Of a stretch of DNA of 64,000 nucleotides, positions 62,148 to 64,000 are shown piece by piece. This DNA is from Bacteroidia bacterium (GTDB lineage: Bacteria > Bacteroidota > Bacteroidia > Bacteroidales > GWA2-32-17). The notes under the pieces were generated by a model that was not told the DNA's origin, ran no database searches, and saw only the letters and a program-made list of their open reading frames with translations. The position numbers and the translations under genes are program-made. Position 1 is the stretch's first letter. Each line of letters begins with the position of its first letter. Location: assembly GCA_016218155.1 (NCBI GenBank), contig JACREQ010000111.1, positions 31,035 to 95,034 of the forward strand, given 5' to 3'.

Positions 62148-62825
62148 TTATAAGTTTTCTCTCTCAGATCTTGAAATACTAGTATTTGGTCTGCCAATTT
62201 TTATAACCTTTGCAGGCACACCTCCAACAATAGACTCCGGATCAACATTCTTTACAACACATGAACTAGCACCCACAATAGAATAATCACCAACTTCAAT
62301 GTCCTTAATAAATGCATTTGCTCCAATTTGACATACTTTTCCAATTCTTCCGCCACCATTAACTGTCACATTTGGGCTTATTATTGAAAATTCACCAACA
62401 CTTACTTCATGTCCCAAAACAACATGAATATTTAGCATAACAAAGTCGTGAATTGTACAATTTACAGTTAGGTCAGTATATCTACCGATAACAACACCCT
62501 TTCCAATTTTATTGGATTTATGAACTCTTACTGTAGGAGATATTAATGTAGCCCATTTAATTTTTTCATTATTCATTTTTCTAATTGTTTTCTCACGTAA
62601 TCTTGCATCGCCAAATCCAACAATAAAATAACAATTTGAAAATAAATTAAAACTATCGTATCCACCCAATACTTTATAATCAAGAATTTTCTTTTTGTTT
62701 TCAAAAGCGAAATCATCAAGAAAACCCATAATATTCCACTCAAGTTTATTCTCATTAATTTCTTCAATTAACCAAGCCAACTCTTGACCAAGAGCACCAG
62801 CACCTACAATAATGATATCTTTCAT
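62148..62825 (-). CDS. NeuD/PglD/LegH-family N-acetyltransferase
   Basis: 225 aa. An N-terminal block DIIIVGAGALGQELAWLI is joined to a C-terminal LbH domain (IGANAFIKDIEVGDYSIVGASSCVV...GGVPAKVI). Confidence 0.8.
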   Translation of the reverse strand: MKDIIIVGAGALGQELAWLIEEINENKLEWNIMGFLDDFAFENKKKILDYKVLGGYDSFNLFSNCYFIVGFGDARLREKTIRKMNNEKIKWATLISPTVRVHKSNKIGKGVVIGRYTDLTVNCTIHDFVMLNIHVVLGHEVSVGEFSIISPNVTVNGGGRIGKVCQIGANAFIKDIEVGDYSIVGASSCVVKNVDPESIVGGVPAKVIKIGRPNTSISRSERENL

Positions 62826-62929
62826 ATTTACATTTATTATAAAATTATCCTACTAGGAAAATTTACTCAAAAATTTTCAATTTTTTCTGCTACCAATTAA
62901 GGCTAAGGTTGAGGGTTGTGGAATTCTAA

Positions 62930-64000
62930 TTAAAATAATCTTACGCTGCTTGGGATATTTACTAATGTATTTTCAATCTTTTCCGCCACTGAAAATTTTT
63001 GTGAAGTTTGGTACATTGGCAATTTATTCATTATAACCCATGCCGGACGTGACATAACATTATTTGAATTTGAAAATTCAAGAAATTTGTTTCTTGCTAT
63101 ACGATCGGGCATAAAAATACAATTAAGCCAAAAGTTTGTTGTATTTCCCTGTTTTTCAGCAATAAATGAAATCTCTAATGCATTAAAAAACTCTTTATAT
63201 TCCATTGCCAGCGTTCTTTTATTCTCAAGGAATATTGTTATATTTTCCATTTGAGCAACACCTACGGCAGCATTTATATTTGGCATACGAAAATTAAACC
63301 CTGCATCGGTATGAAAAAACTCATATGGATGTGGTTTTTTAGCGGTAGTAGTAAGATATTTTGCGCGAGCAGCAAAAGCCTCATCATTTGTTATTATCAT
63401 TCCACCACCACCAGTTGTTACAATTTTATTGCCATTAAAACTTAAAATAGCTGCCATACCAAAAGTACCTGTATGTTTTGTTCCAACAAATGATCCAAGA
63501 GATTCGGCAGCATCTTCAATAACTGTAATATTCCATTTATTACAAATATTTATAATCTTTTCGATCTGGCACGGATGTCCGAATATATGAACCGGAACAC
63601 ATGCGGCAATTCTTTTTCCTGAAGTTTTATTAACGCAAATATTCTCACGTAACTCACAATTTTTATTTAAAAACTCTTCTAACATTAAGGGATCTAACCC
63701 GAGAGTTTGTTCTTCACAATCAACAAATACAGGATTTCCACCAGCATGAACAATTGCATTTGCCGTAGCTGCAAAAGTTAAAGGAGAGGTAATCACTTCT
63801 TCTCCTTGTTTTAATCCCGCAACAATAAGTGATACCTGTAATGCAGTTGTTCCGTTTACAGTAGCAACAGCATATTTAGCTCCGGTATATTTTGCAATTT
63901 CTTCTTCAAATCTCGTAACAAATTCCCCAACATATGAAACAAATGTAGAATCGATACATTTTGCAAGATATTTTTTTTCGTTACCCGGAAAAACAGGAGC
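62930..64000 (-). CDS. DegT-family aminotransferase (LegC/PglE-like), 5' end beyond the window
   Basis: The frame stays open to position 64000 (357 codons). Upstream of the ORF-track GTG the translation continues ...PGNEKKYLAKCIDSTFVSYVGEFVTRFEEEIAKYTGAKYAVATVNGTTALQVSLIVAGLKQGEEVITSPLTF. It also has DAAESLGS and the PLP-Lys block SFNGNKIVTTGGGGM. Confidence 0.85.
   Translation of the reverse strand, partial: APVFPGNEKKYLAKCIDSTFVSYVGEFVTRFEEEIAKYTGAKYAVATVNGTTALQVSLIVAGLKQGEEVITSPLTFAATANAIVHAGGNPVFVDCEEQTLGLDPLMLEEFLNKNCELRENICVNKTSGKRIAACVPVHIFGHPCQIEKIINICNKWNITVIEDAAESLGSFVGTKHTGTFGMAAILSFNGNKIVTTGGGGMIITNDEAFAARAKYLTTTAKKPHPYEFFHTDAGFNFRMPNINAAVGVAQMENITIFLENKRTLAMEYKEFFNALEISFIAEKQGNTTNFWLNCIFMPDRIARNKFLEFSNSNNVMSRPAWVIMNKLPMYQTSQKFSVAEKIENTLVNIPSSVRLF

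Noticed and set aside
1-64000. Search for tRNA, rRNA, transposase, integrase, phage or defence-system genes
   Set aside because: No ORF has transposase (DDE), integrase (R..H..R..Y), reverse transcriptase, Cas, restriction/methylase or toxin-type motifs that I could recognise. No intergenic region has a cloverleaf-compatible tRNA sequence.

Overview
The window is visibly AT-rich (about one-third G+C by eye). Its gene content and signals look like a Bacteroidota chromosome: T9SS C-terminal sorting domains, a TonB-dependent receptor with an ECF sigma/FecR pair, TAnnTTTG-type -7 boxes, and no obvious Shine-Dalgarno sites.

Layout, left to right:
1. 1-2571 (-): edge of an aryl-polyene/flexirubin-type type II FAS-like cluster (thioesterase, KS, KS-like partner, ACP).
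2. 2621-5167: small envelope genes.
3. 5313-10001 (+): alpha-glucan cluster (debranching enzyme, GT4 synthase-like, GH57 with a Lys-rich tail).
4. 10163-15854 (+): TonB-dependent receptor, ECF sigma, FecR anti-sigma, and an unusual STN-domain protein that is too short to be a receptor.
5. 15912-20698 (-): the rimP-nusA-infB operon, with a terminator-like hairpin in its leader.
6. 20915-24538: NamZ-like DUF1343 gene, an uncharacterised nucleotidyltransferase and a DUF1972 glycosyltransferase.
7. 24644-36550 (+): three tandem giant T9SS cargo genes. They share a stalk of 13 FN3-like repeats in total plus a CTD, but carry different N-terminal heads.
8. 36569-64000 (-): a glycan (O-antigen/capsule-type, Wzx/Wzy) locus of more than 27 kb and 30 genes that runs off the right edge. 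It holds a legionaminic-acid-type nonulosonic acid module, an ATP-grasp/GNAT/aminotransferase cassette, and a 3-amino-3,6-dideoxyhexose module fused to an ACP/adenylate-ligase/SDR acylation cassette.

I saw no rRNA, tRNA, CRISPR array, transposase or integrase.

All family assignments come from motif and architecture recognition by eye. No database search was run.
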